Shown here: positions 45,867 to 54,232 of the stretch, piece after piece
How positions within the stretch are numbered: the first letter of the stretch is position 1
How the letters are laid out: every line of letters begins with the position of its first letter
Notes under the pieces: generated by a model
Seen by the model: the letters and a program-made list of their open reading frames with translations, nothing else
Databases searched by the model: none
Told to the model about the DNA's origin: nothing
DNA from: a bacterium UBP14_UBA6098
GTDB taxonomy: Bacteria > UBP14 > UBA6098
Reading direction: 5' to 3'
NCBI GenBank assembly: GCA_002428525.1
Contig: DIWU01000014.1
Coordinates: 16,637 to 80,636, forward strand
DNA length: 64,000 bases
Position numbers and translations under genes: made by a program

Positions 45867-47126
45867 TCATATCGCCCTCGGGAGTTCGTCCCAATCGGTC
45901 GTGTAGGCGGGGGATTTCATCTCGCGCCGCATATGCCATGCGGCTCCGAGGCCGGTCGCGGCGGGCACGACCGTATCCCTTCCGAAGCGGTGGTTCAGCT
46001 CGTCCATAACGGAAATCGCGTTCTCGTTCCGGCCGCGCATCGCCGTGTCGAAGAGGTTTGTTTGAACCGAATCCGCGGGGACAACTCCGGTCGCGGTGAC
46101 CGCGGCCTTTTTGTAGCGATAACCCGCGCGGAAGATTCGCTCGAGGCCGCTTGCCGCATAGTCGATGATCTCCGATGTGTCCGATGTTGCGACCGGGAAG
46201 GTCCTTGTAAGGTGCGCCGAATACTGCGGGTCTTCCTCGCGAAAGCGGTTGGTTGTGATATATATATCGATCGCGCCGGCGACTGATTCTTGACCTCGGA
46301 GCTTCTCGGCGACGCGCGCGGAGTAGGACGCGACGGCCTCCTTCAGCTCCCGAAGTTCTTCGACAGGCCGTCCGAAAGAACGCGAGAAACATATCCCCTG
46401 CTTGGGCGGGGGCGCCATATCGAGCGGAATGCACGATATTCCTCGAAGTTCCAGCACGGTTCGGAGAAGCGTGACGCCGAACTCCTTGCGTATAATCTGC
46501 TCGTTCGCCCTCGAAAGATCGAGCGCGCTATTTATGCCCATATTTCGAAGTCGCTTGGACAGTCTGCGCCCGACGCCCCAAATATCGATGATGTCGGTCG
46601 CTTCGAGGGCCTTTTCTCGAAACCTCGATTTGAAAAGGTCGAGAACGCCGCCCGCCTTTGGCGATTTTTTCGCGATTCGATTTGCGATCTTGGCGAGGGT
46701 TTTTGTTTCGGCTATTCCAACAGATACCGGCAGGCCGGTCCATGTGTAGATTCGGCGCTTTATCCGCCTTCCTTCCGCGTCGAGATCGTCGGTGCCGTCG
46801 AGGCCGACGAAGGCCTCGTCTATCGAATAAACCTCGATGTCGGGCGAGAAGCCGCGGAGTATGTCCATAACGCGCGCGGACATATCGCCGTAAAGCTCGT
46901 AGTTCGAGGAGAACACCCTCACGCCCTTTCGGGCCAGCTCGGCTTTGATCTTGAAATACGGCCCCCCCATCTCGACGCCGAGGGCCTTGGCCTCCGCCGA
47001 CCGCGCGATGATGCAACCGTCGTTGTTGGAGAGCACGACTACCGGCCTGTTCTTGAGGTCTGGCCGGAAGACCTTCTCACAGGAGGCGTAGAAGCTATTG
47101 CAGTCGATGAGGGCGTATATCTTCAT
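45867..47126 (-). CDS. umuC: Y-family translesion DNA polymerase, UmuC-like (Pol V catalytic subunit)
   Basis: [30 protein letters not shown] and SIDEAF motifs. Lies downstream of an S24-peptidase (umuD) gene. Confidence 0.85.
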   Translation of the reverse strand: MKIYALIDCNSFYASCEKVFRPDLKNRPVVVLSNNDGCIIARSAEAKALGVEMGGPYFKIKAELARKGVRVFSSNYELYGDMSARVMDILRGFSPDIEVYSIDEAFVGLDGTDDLDAEGRRIKRRIYTWTGLPVSVGIAETKTLAKIANRIAKKSPKAGGVLDLFKSRFREKALEATDIIDIWGVGRRLSKRLRNMGINSALDLSRANEQIIRKEFGVTLLRTVLELRGISCIPLDMAPPPKQGICFSRSFGRPVEELRELKEAVASYSARVAEKLRGQESVAGAIDIYITTNRFREEDPQYSAHLTRTFPVATSDTSEIIDYAASGLERIFRAGYRYKKAAVTATGVVPADSVQTNLFDTAMRGRNENAISVMDELNHRFGRDTVVPAATGLGAAWHMRREMKSPAYTTDWDELPRAI

Positions 47127-47234
47127 GCGCGGCTGTCACGGTTTTTGCTGAGTTCATTGGTTGCTTTTACAGGGATTTCGGGCGCAAAAACCCCCTCCGC
47201 GGCACCGCCCGACACCCGCGCCAGCCTGAGACTT

Positions 47235-47651
47235 TCATGGGGTCTCGCGTATCACAGCGGTGACCACTCCCCATATCTCGAAATCGTCGGGCTCGGCGAC
47301 ATGAATGGGCGAGAAACTCGGGTTTTCCGGGATCAGTGTGACCGTTTCGTTTTCGATGAGGAGCCTTTTGACAGTAAGCTCGCCGGCGAGTGAGGCTATG
47401 ATTATCTTTCCGGATCGGGGCTCGATCGACCTATCGACAATCAGGAGGTCGCCGTCGAGGATAGCGGCGCCGGTCATCGATTCGCCGGTGACGCGGACGA
47501 AGAATGTCGCCGAGGGGCGGCGGATGAGATGTTCGTTGAGGTCGAGGCGCCTTTCGATATAGTCTTGAGCCGGCGAGGGGAAGCCCGCGGCAACCCTCGA
47601 CAGCATCAGCGGCGGCCTCGCTATATTTTCTGAAGTGCGGAGATCTTCCAT
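47235..47651 (-). CDS. umuD: translesion-synthesis accessory protein UmuD (LexA-like S24 peptidase)
   Basis: Ser-Lys dyad context VTGESMTGAAILDGDLLIVD...LTVKRL. 138 aa. Confidence 0.8.
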   Translation of the reverse strand: MEDLRTSENIARPPLMLSRVAAGFPSPAQDYIERRLDLNEHLIRRPSATFFVRVTGESMTGAAILDGDLLIVDRSIEPRSGKIIIASLAGELTVKRLLIENETVTLIPENPSFSPIHVAEPDDFEIWGVVTAVIRETP

Positions 47652-47899
47652 TGCATCTTCTCGCTATCGAAGAGGATTTCGGCCATCTCGCCGCCCGGGA
47701 GGACGGCGGAGTAGTGATAGATCGGGTATGCCCCGCGGTGCGTCACCCAGCGGTAGGTAATCCTTCCGATATCGATCCTTCCGCCGTCGATCTTGATTGC
47801 CAGCGGAACCGGCCCGTTCTCGTCGAACCTGACGAGAGCGGAGACTTTGTTCGGGGAGAACTCTGCGCGCGGCCCTTGAAACATATGCACCTTTTGCAT
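47621..47899 (-). CDS. hypothetical small protein (overlaps umuD start by 30 nt)
   Basis: 92-aa ORF packed between the DUF72 gene and umuD on the same strand. No recognisable motifs. Confidence 0.35.
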   Translation of the reverse strand: MQKVHMFQGPRAEFSPNKVSALVRFDENGPVPLAIKIDGGRIDIGRITYRWVTHRGAYPIYHYSAVLPGGEMAEILFDSEKMQWKISALQKI

Positions 47900-47923
47900 T
47901 GCGCCCTTCGCGGAGGGCGCGGA

Positions 47924-48739
47924 TTATATCAGCCCCATCCGGCCGCCTTGCGGAAAGGTGCTCTGTCCTAAGAGTTCCTTCATCGCGAGGGCGTTTCGGA
48001 CCGCGCTTCCGCCGTGGCAGTTGTTGAAGAAGACGAAAACGCGGGTCACTGCGTCGGGCAGGCCGTGAATTCGGGAGATGATCTCGCCGAGCTCGGTTTT
48101 GTTGTAGTTGTAATCGTAACGGAGCTTTCCGCCGTCGGACCACCATTTGGAGGCGTCTCTGCCGTGAAGGCGGATATAGGCCGCCTCGCCGGAGGATATG
48201 ACCTTTCGGCTCATTAGCTGGGGCATCGCCGGTTCGTCGGGGGAAACCCAGCCGATATCGAGGCCTCGGATCAGCTCGACCGACTCGGGGTTGTCCCAAG
48301 AGGAATGGCGGAACTCGACGAACAGGGGGATATTCGGGAGGTTCTCGCGGGCGAAGGCGAGGTATTCCTCCGCGGCCTCGGAGCGCCGAAATCCGAAGGG
48401 GAACTGGGCTAAAAGGGCCTCGGCTCTATCGGTCTCGGTCAGCTCGGCGAGCCGCTCGGAGAACTGCTCGAAGGGGGCAAGGCTGTTGTCGCGCTTATGT
48501 GTAATCTCGCCGGGAACCTTGACCGAAAAGCGGAAATCCGGCGGTGTGATCTGCGCCATCCGCGCGAGCGCCCCCGGGCGCGGGACAGCGTAATAGGAGG
48601 AGTTTATCTCCACGGCCGAGAAGAACTGGGCGTAGTAGGGCAACCAATGCCTCTGCGCGATCTTTTCGGGGTAGAAAACGCCCTTCCAGTCGTCGAAGGT
48701 GAACCCGCTGGTTCCGATAATTATTTCCCGTTCGGTCAT
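47924..48739 (-). CDS. DUF72 (UPF0759/YecE-like) protein
   Basis: N-terminal IIIGTSGFTFDDWKGVFYP and C-terminal VFVFFNNCHGGSAVRNALAMKELL are DUF72 hallmarks. Confidence 0.8.
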   Translation of the reverse strand: MTEREIIIGTSGFTFDDWKGVFYPEKIAQRHWLPYYAQFFSAVEINSSYYAVPRPGALARMAQITPPDFRFSVKVPGEITHKRDNSLAPFEQFSERLAELTETDRAEALLAQFPFGFRRSEAAEEYLAFARENLPNIPLFVEFRHSSWDNPESVELIRGLDIGWVSPDEPAMPQLMSRKVISSGEAAYIRLHGRDASKWWSDGGKLRYDYNYNKTELGEIISRIHGLPDAVTRVFVFFNNCHGGSAVRNALAMKELLGQSTFPQGGRMGLI

Positions 48740-48841
48740 TTGCGCCCCAGTCGATAAATCGAACATTTGTTCGCTTATATTATGGAGACTTTATCGGAAA
48801 AGTCAAGGGCGAAAATCAACCGGCTTTTTTCGACATACAGG

Positions 48842-51800
48842 CTATCTCGCGATATGGACAGTCCCCTTGCAGAGAACCTCGCCGCCGCGGATAACGAGAT
48901 AGACATAGATGCCCTTCGGGAGGGGATTTCCGGCGAGGTCTCGGCCGTCCCAGCTCGAGATATCCTCGAGCTTCGCGGCCAATCTTCCGCGGGCGTCGTA
49001 AATCTCGATCTTTGCGCCCTCGAGCGACATCCCCGGATAGGTAAATTTGACCTCGTCGTTCACGAGATCGCTGTTGGGGGAGAAGGGATTCGGCCGCGCG
49101 GAGCAGTCCTTCGAGACGATATCGAGGCTCGCGCAGGCGGAGTTGTTGGCCTCGTTGGATTCGAAGATATTGTCGTAGGCGTCGAGGGCGAGACAGATCG
49201 GCGCGCCGGAAAGAATATTCGGCTCGAGGCTCGAGATGACGAGACTTTCGCGAATCGTGTCGCCGGGCGCGAGGCCGATATACTCGGTCGATTTGAGAAC
49301 CGAAGCGCCCGCGCGAATCTCCACGAAGGTGCCGGGCAAAACCCCTGTGCCGCTATAGAAACCGATTCCCTCGAAGACGAACGAGTCGCCCTCGGAAACC
49401 GTCGAGGGCGAGAGCGAGACGAACTCGCCGGAGGTCCATAGATCGGGGAGAAGCTCGACATTGTAGAGCCAGCAGGAATCGAGGGCGTTAGGCTCGCAGA
49501 GATCGGGCGAGTCGAGGATTGAATCGAGGCAAACAAGCACCTCCTCGCCGGGGACGAACGACGACTCGGGGATTAGGTTCAGCTCGGCGCCGTTCCAGCT
49601 GAGATAGCCGTCGCCGGGGAAATATCGACTGCCGTTGACGATAAGGCTCAGCGAGGATTCCGCGATGCCGGAACCGCTATCGGCGAGAAACACCGATATT
49701 GTGATGCCCGCGCCGATTAGGCTTCCCGGGGCGGGCACTATCGAGACAACCGCCGGCGGCGAGTAATCGACGAGGTAGGTGACGCAAACCGCGCTGTCGG
49801 AGGGGTTCCCGAGCATATCGGACGCGCGGACGCAGACAGTTATTGTATCGCCGTCCAAGGGGCCGCCCGCGGGCATGTAAAATAGGCTGTCGCCGCGGAA
49901 AACCCATTCGGTCGAGGCCTCGCCGTTCACAGTAAGCCCGATGCTCGCGGTATCGATCCCCTCGGGGTCGAAAAGCGTGAGGGCCGCGCCCTGCCCGAGG
50001 CACGCGCTCCAAAGCGAATCCGCCGCCGGCTCGACGACCGCGATCTCCGGCCCGCCGGTGACGATGAAGAACTCCCAGCAGAGCAAATCGGCGTTCGCCC
50101 CGCAGTAGAGCGCTAAATCCGCCGCTCGAACACACACCGTGACCGTGTCGCCGCCGAGCCAGAACATCCCGATGTCCGAGGGCTCGAAGCCAAGGGTATC
50201 GTCGCTAAGACTTGCGCCGACAACGGCACCGTCAATTGTCATCTCGATAGAGTCGCTATCGAGGCCGGCGATCTCGTCCCAAAGGCGAAGCCGAATACTC
50301 GGCGCGATTTCCGCGATCGCCCCTGTGGGCGTAGGGTCTGCGAAGACCGGCGGCGCGAGATCAACCACAAAAACGACGCAAACCGTATCCTCGATATGAA
50401 CCCCAAAGCTATCCGCGGCATCGACGAGGCAAAGCTCGATCGTATCGCCGTTTATCCATGGCGAAATCGGTGTGAAAAATAGGGAGTCCCCCGCAAAGCT
50501 AATCTCCGCGCTATGCGAGGTGAAATCGGAGGTGTCGTTCAAAACGACATGTATATAATCGCGCGTGGCGGCGCCGCTGAAAAACCAGACCGCTGTTTGA
50601 AGCGAACAGCTCGTCGCCGCGCCGTCGAGGGGATAAATTGCCTCGGCCGAAAGCGCGCTCAACTCGATATAGAACTCGCAACAAGCGAGCGTGTCGTTTT
50701 CGCCGGTGCAGAAATCCGCGGAATCGGCCGTATAAACGCAATATCGGACCGTGTCGCCGTCGCGCCAAACCGTGTCGATAATCGCCGGCGTGATCGCGGT
50801 TGTGTCCGAGGTGATCGGGAGGCTGTCTGCGCCGAGTATTAGCCATGTTCGGCCGAAATAGACCGGGGAAAGATCATCGGCGAGCGCAAAGATAATCCCG
50901 GCAAGGCTATCGCGGAGGACGCTCGAGCACGGCGGCTCGAGGAAAACGACCTCCGGCGGTGACAGGTCGATTGTGAAATCCGCGCAGACCGCCGCGGGAA
51001 GGGCGTTTCCGAAAAGGTCGTAAACCGAATCGAGACATACCGAATGCGCGCCCTCGACCCAATCCGACAGCGGGGTGAAAACCAGAACGCCCGTGAAATC
51101 TAACTCCAAGGCCGGATCGAGCGCGGAGAAAACCGCGCCGTCCGCGGAAACCCATATCCTCGTAGAGTCGATGCCGGTTTCGCCGTCCGAAAGGAACCAT
51201 TCGACCCGCTGATCCGCGCAGGCCGAACCCGCGCCGATAAAGGGCGAGAGTAAAATTGCCTCGGGCGGCACAGTGTCGGCGATTACAAAACTCCAGCTCG
51301 TGTCGAGGCGGTTTGGTTCGCAGTAATCGACTATGTCCCATATAGTTAGCTCGACGAGAACGGTGTCGCCATAGGCGAAGCTGTCCGGTGAGAGGCCGAT
51401 ATCAAAGACAATAGTATCGCCGGAAAGCGAGGTGTAGGGCGAACCCGCGCCGCCGTCGATCCCGCCGGCGGAAAGCGCGAAGCTTGTGAAATCGACGCCT
51501 CCGAGCAAGTCGTTCGGCAGAATCTTTATAATCGGGCTTCTCGAGCTTGTCGAGGGGAAGGGCGAAGCGAATTCCACGACCGGCGGCGAAAGGTCGATTA
51601 TCATCGTGTCGCCGATTGCCGCCGTGAAAGAGTCTCCGCTCTCATCGACCAGCAAAAGCAGATGGAACGGCACTATCTCGCCGTCATCGAAGCAAACCGA
51701 GCCATCAGCGTTCCAAACGAGCGATTCGCCGACTGCAAAGTATTGAAAAACCGAGTCCTCCGCCGTCCAAACCTCTTCGCCGACAAAAAGGGTGATCAGT

Positions 51801-54232
51801 GAGTCGATAATTGGTATTTCGGTACCAATATACCATATTATTTCGGGGCATTCGCAGGATGAAATAATTCTACCGTCTCCGTCAATATCTGTCGGGGCTA
51901 TGACATAAGCGGAAAAATCGCCGATCTCGACGAAGACATCGAAACACCGCTCGGAGATATTAGGGCCGCAATAGTCCGCGCAATTATCTTCCGCAAAGAC
52001 ACAGGCCGAAAGGCTGTCGCCATTTAGAAGGCTATCGAGGAAAACAGCCGAGGTCGAAAACGCGGTCGTGTCGTATAAGCCATTGCGGTATATGACGATA
52101 GAGTCTATCGCCGAGATCCCGCATAACGAGTCGATGGCCTCGAAGGCAAGCTCGAACTCCGATTCCGTGGCGGTTTCCGGCGAGGTCATCGAGATCGCCG
52201 GCTCGTTGTAATCGGCGATGAAGCGGCTCGAAACAACGCTAACCAACGGAGTCCCATGAACATCCTCCGCGGCGAGCAGGCTGAAATGCATCGTATCGCC
52301 GCTTTCCCAGCAAGGCGCGGTGGGCGTGAATACAAGTAGCGACTCGCCATCCCAGCTAAGTTCCGGCGTAGCAATATCATAGACTATCCCCTCGACCTCG
52401 AAGCGTATCGACGAGGTGTCGATTCCGTCCTCGTCGTGAATCGCGAGGATTATCGGCTGGCAATCGCAGGCGCTGACCGCAAAGCCGCTACTGTCTAAGT
52501 CCACCGGCTCGATGATCCGCGCGGTCGGGCCGCCGGAGAACTCGACATAGACCCACCAGCAGGTGTCCGGCGCGGTGTTCGGCGGGCAGTAGTCGTAACC
52601 GGGCCAATCGGCGATATCGATCACGCAGATGCGCAGGCTGTCGCCGTTTTCGGCGTAGTAGAAATCAACAAAAGTCGAGCGAACAAAGAAATAAATCCCT
52701 AAAAGTGAGTCTTCGCGCCAATGTTCAAGGGCAAATAGGCTCGTAAAGTGGGGGCAGATCGAGTCGATGACCTCGGCGCCGAGGGTGAAGCTCACCGGAT
52801 AATCCTCGAAAACAGTCCCCGGCGGAGGGGAAAAGCCGCCGAGCACGACCGGCGGGTCGAGATCGACGAGGAAGCTACATTCGATGGGCTTCTCGATCGG
52901 GCAACCTATATCGCTGTAAGCTGAAACGAGAGTGATTATCACTGTGTCCCAGCTCGCAAAGGCCATCGGAATCGCGGAGGGGTCGAAATCGAGGCGCGAG
53001 GCGCCGTCCCAAATAAGCGCGGGGTTTGGGGCGTGTATTATAGTGTCCAGAACGCCGCCTCGGCCGGAGACCTGAATTCGCAGGGTGAAGGTCGCCGGGT
53101 CGATCGCATGGCCGCTCGTGTCGAAAACCAGCCACGAAACGCCCTGATCGGCGCAGGTTGTGATATAGCCGCAGGAATCGGGATAGACGATCTGCGCCAT
53201 CGGGCCGGCGGCGCAGGCGAAGGTTCTAAATGAACAGGAGTCAAAGCCCCAATTGCAGAAGCCGTCGCGGACAGCGATGCGCGCCCATGCCGAATCGCAG
53301 GAGACCGGCGGCACAGGCCAAGTGAAAACAGTGTCGGTTAGGATAATAGTGTCGATTTCGCCGCAGAAGCCGATAAATAAAGAGCATTCGTCATGGGACC
53401 AGAAACTGTCGTCGATAGTCCAATGTAAAACCAAGGTATCGCCGTAGAAGACTGTGTCCGCAGGGCAAGCGATCGAAACGACCGGCGCGCGGGAGTCGAG
53501 ACAACCTATTGAAATTAAAGGCGTTATCGAATCGCCAACGATTCGCGTTTGAAAATTACAGCCCTCGAAATCGGGGAAATCGTCGGAAAGTAACCATTGG
53601 AAGCAGTGAATGCCGGTATCTGAGACAGTTCCGAGGTGGCCGAAATCTCCGATGAGCGAGGACATCGGCACCCCCCAACCGGCGCCGCCGTCGGAGGAGG
53701 CCGAAATACCGATATTCCACGGCGGCTCGCAGGTCGATTCGAGGCGGTAGCAAATCTCGACGATATTAATCGAGTCGCAGTCGGCTTCCTCGACGAACCA
53801 TAGGCTGTCGAAGCGGCTCGAACAGGCCGGCTCGATGAAGAATCGCCAGCATGTGTCGAGCTCGTTCGGCGGGCAGGTGCATGCGAGGGTGTCGAAGATC
53901 CGGTCGATAGCGCGGATGCATACCTCGACAGTGTCGCCGGGGGAGAAATCGCCGGGGATTAACGGAGTGGCCGGGTAATCGGTCGAATCGGTGCCGTTCA
54001 CGATGACGGTTGTGAGGACGCTGTCGCCCCAAACGCCCGCGCCGCGGTCGTCGAGGGCGAAAATGATTGTGACGAAGGTATCCGCTAAAGTCGTGTCCGC
54101 GGGCGGAAAGGCCGAGCCGGCGGCGATATAGGGCGGCGAATGGTCGATAATAAACGAGCATTCGAGGGCGCCGAGGCCGGCTGAGCACAGCGCCGCGATC
54201 ACGAAAATATATGCCGCAAAGCGCCTATTCAT
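48842..54232 (-). CDS. giant (1796 aa) secreted adhesin-like protein with repeated beta/Ig-like domains and T9SS/FlgD-Ig-type C-terminal sorting domain
   Basis: Signal peptide, a long Asp/Ser/Thr/Gly-rich repetitive body, and a C-terminus RPNPFSPNSDLVNDEVKFTYP...IEIYDARGRLAAKL...WDGRDLAGNPLPKGIYVYL. Confidence 0.75.
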   Translation of the reverse strand: MNRRFAAYIFVIAALCSAGLGALECSFIIDHSPPYIAAGSAFPPADTTLADTFVTIIFALDDRGAGVWGDSVLTTVIVNGTDSTDYPATPLIPGDFSPGDTVEVCIRAIDRIFDTLACTCPPNELDTCWRFFIEPACSSRFDSLWFVEEADCDSINIVEICYRLESTCEPPWNIGISASSDGGAGWGVPMSSLIGDFGHLGTVSDTGIHCFQWLLSDDFPDFEGCNFQTRIVGDSITPLISIGCLDSRAPVVSIACPADTVFYGDTLVLHWTIDDSFWSHDECSLFIGFCGEIDTIILTDTVFTWPVPPVSCDSAWARIAVRDGFCNWGFDSCSFRTFACAAGPMAQIVYPDSCGYITTCADQGVSWLVFDTSGHAIDPATFTLRIQVSGRGGVLDTIIHAPNPALIWDGASRLDFDPSAIPMAFASWDTVIITLVSAYSDIGCPIEKPIECSFLVDLDPPVVLGGFSPPPGTVFEDYPVSFTLGAEVIDSICPHFTSLFALEHWREDSLLGIYFFVRSTFVDFYYAENGDSLRICVIDIADWPGYDYCPPNTAPDTCWWVYVEFSGGPTARIIEPVDLDSSGFAVSACDCQPIILAIHDEDGIDTSSIRFEVEGIVYDIATPELSWDGESLLVFTPTAPCWESGDTMHFSLLAAEDVHGTPLVSVVSSRFIADYNEPAISMTSPETATESEFELAFEAIDSLCGISAIDSIVIYRNGLYDTTAFSTSAVFLDSLLNGDSLSACVFAEDNCADYCGPNISERCFDVFVEIGDFSAYVIAPTDIDGDGRIISSCECPEIIWYIGTEIPIIDSLITLFVGEEVWTAEDSVFQYFAVGESLVWNADGSVCFDDGEIVPFHLLLLVDESGDSFTAAIGDTMIIDLSPPVVEFASPFPSTSSRSPIIKILPNDLLGGVDFTSFALSAGGIDGGAGSPYTSLSGDTIVFDIGLSPDSFAYGDTVLVELTIWDIVDYCEPNRLDTSWSFVIADTVPPEAILLSPFIGAGSACADQRVEWFLSDGETGIDSTRIWVSADGAVFSALDPALELDFTGVLVFTPLSDWVEGAHSVCLDSVYDLFGNALPAAVCADFTIDLSPPEVVFLEPPCSSVLRDSLAGIIFALADDLSPVYFGRTWLILGADSLPITSDTTAITPAIIDTVWRDGDTVRYCVYTADSADFCTGENDTLACCEFYIELSALSAEAIYPLDGAATSCSLQTAVWFFSGAATRDYIHVVLNDTSDFTSHSAEISFAGDSLFFTPISPWINGDTIELCLVDAADSFGVHIEDTVCVVFVVDLAPPVFADPTPTGAIAEIAPSIRLRLWDEIAGLDSDSIEMTIDGAVVGASLSDDTLGFEPSDIGMFWLGGDTVTVCVRAADLALYCGANADLLCWEFFIVTGGPEIAVVEPAADSLWSACLGQGAALTLFDPEGIDTASIGLTVNGEASTEWVFRGDSLFYMPAGGPLDGDTITVCVRASDMLGNPSDSAVCVTYLVDYSPPAVVSIVPAPGSLIGAGITISVFLADSGSGIAESSLSLIVNGSRYFPGDGYLSWNGAELNLIPESSFVPGEEVLVCLDSILDSPDLCEPNALDSCWLYNVELLPDLWTSGEFVSLSPSTVSEGDSFVFEGIGFYSGTGVLPGTFVEIRAGASVLKSTEYIGLAPGDTIRESLVISSLEPNILSGAPICLALDAYDNIFESNEANNSACASLDIVSKDCSARPNPFSPNSDLVNDEVKFTYPGMSLEGAKIEIYDARGRLAAKLEDISSWDGRDLAGNPLPKGIYVYLVIRGGEVLCKGTVHIAR

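Noticed and set aside
46290-47393. 367-aa plus-strand ORF antisense to umuC (also 46528..47016 and 46402..46749)
   Set aside because: umuC on the minus strand has unmistakable Y-family polymerase motifs. The plus-strand ORFs are Arg/Gly-rich with high-GC, low-complexity translations.
49060-54188. Multiple 60-160-aa ORFs on both strands inside the 1796-aa gene (for example 49060..49536, 49677..50135, 50907..51341, 53766..54188)
   Set aside because: All lie within a single long ORF that has a signal peptide and a C-terminal sorting domain. Their translations are Arg/Pro/Gly-rich, which is typical of off-frame GC-rich DNA.
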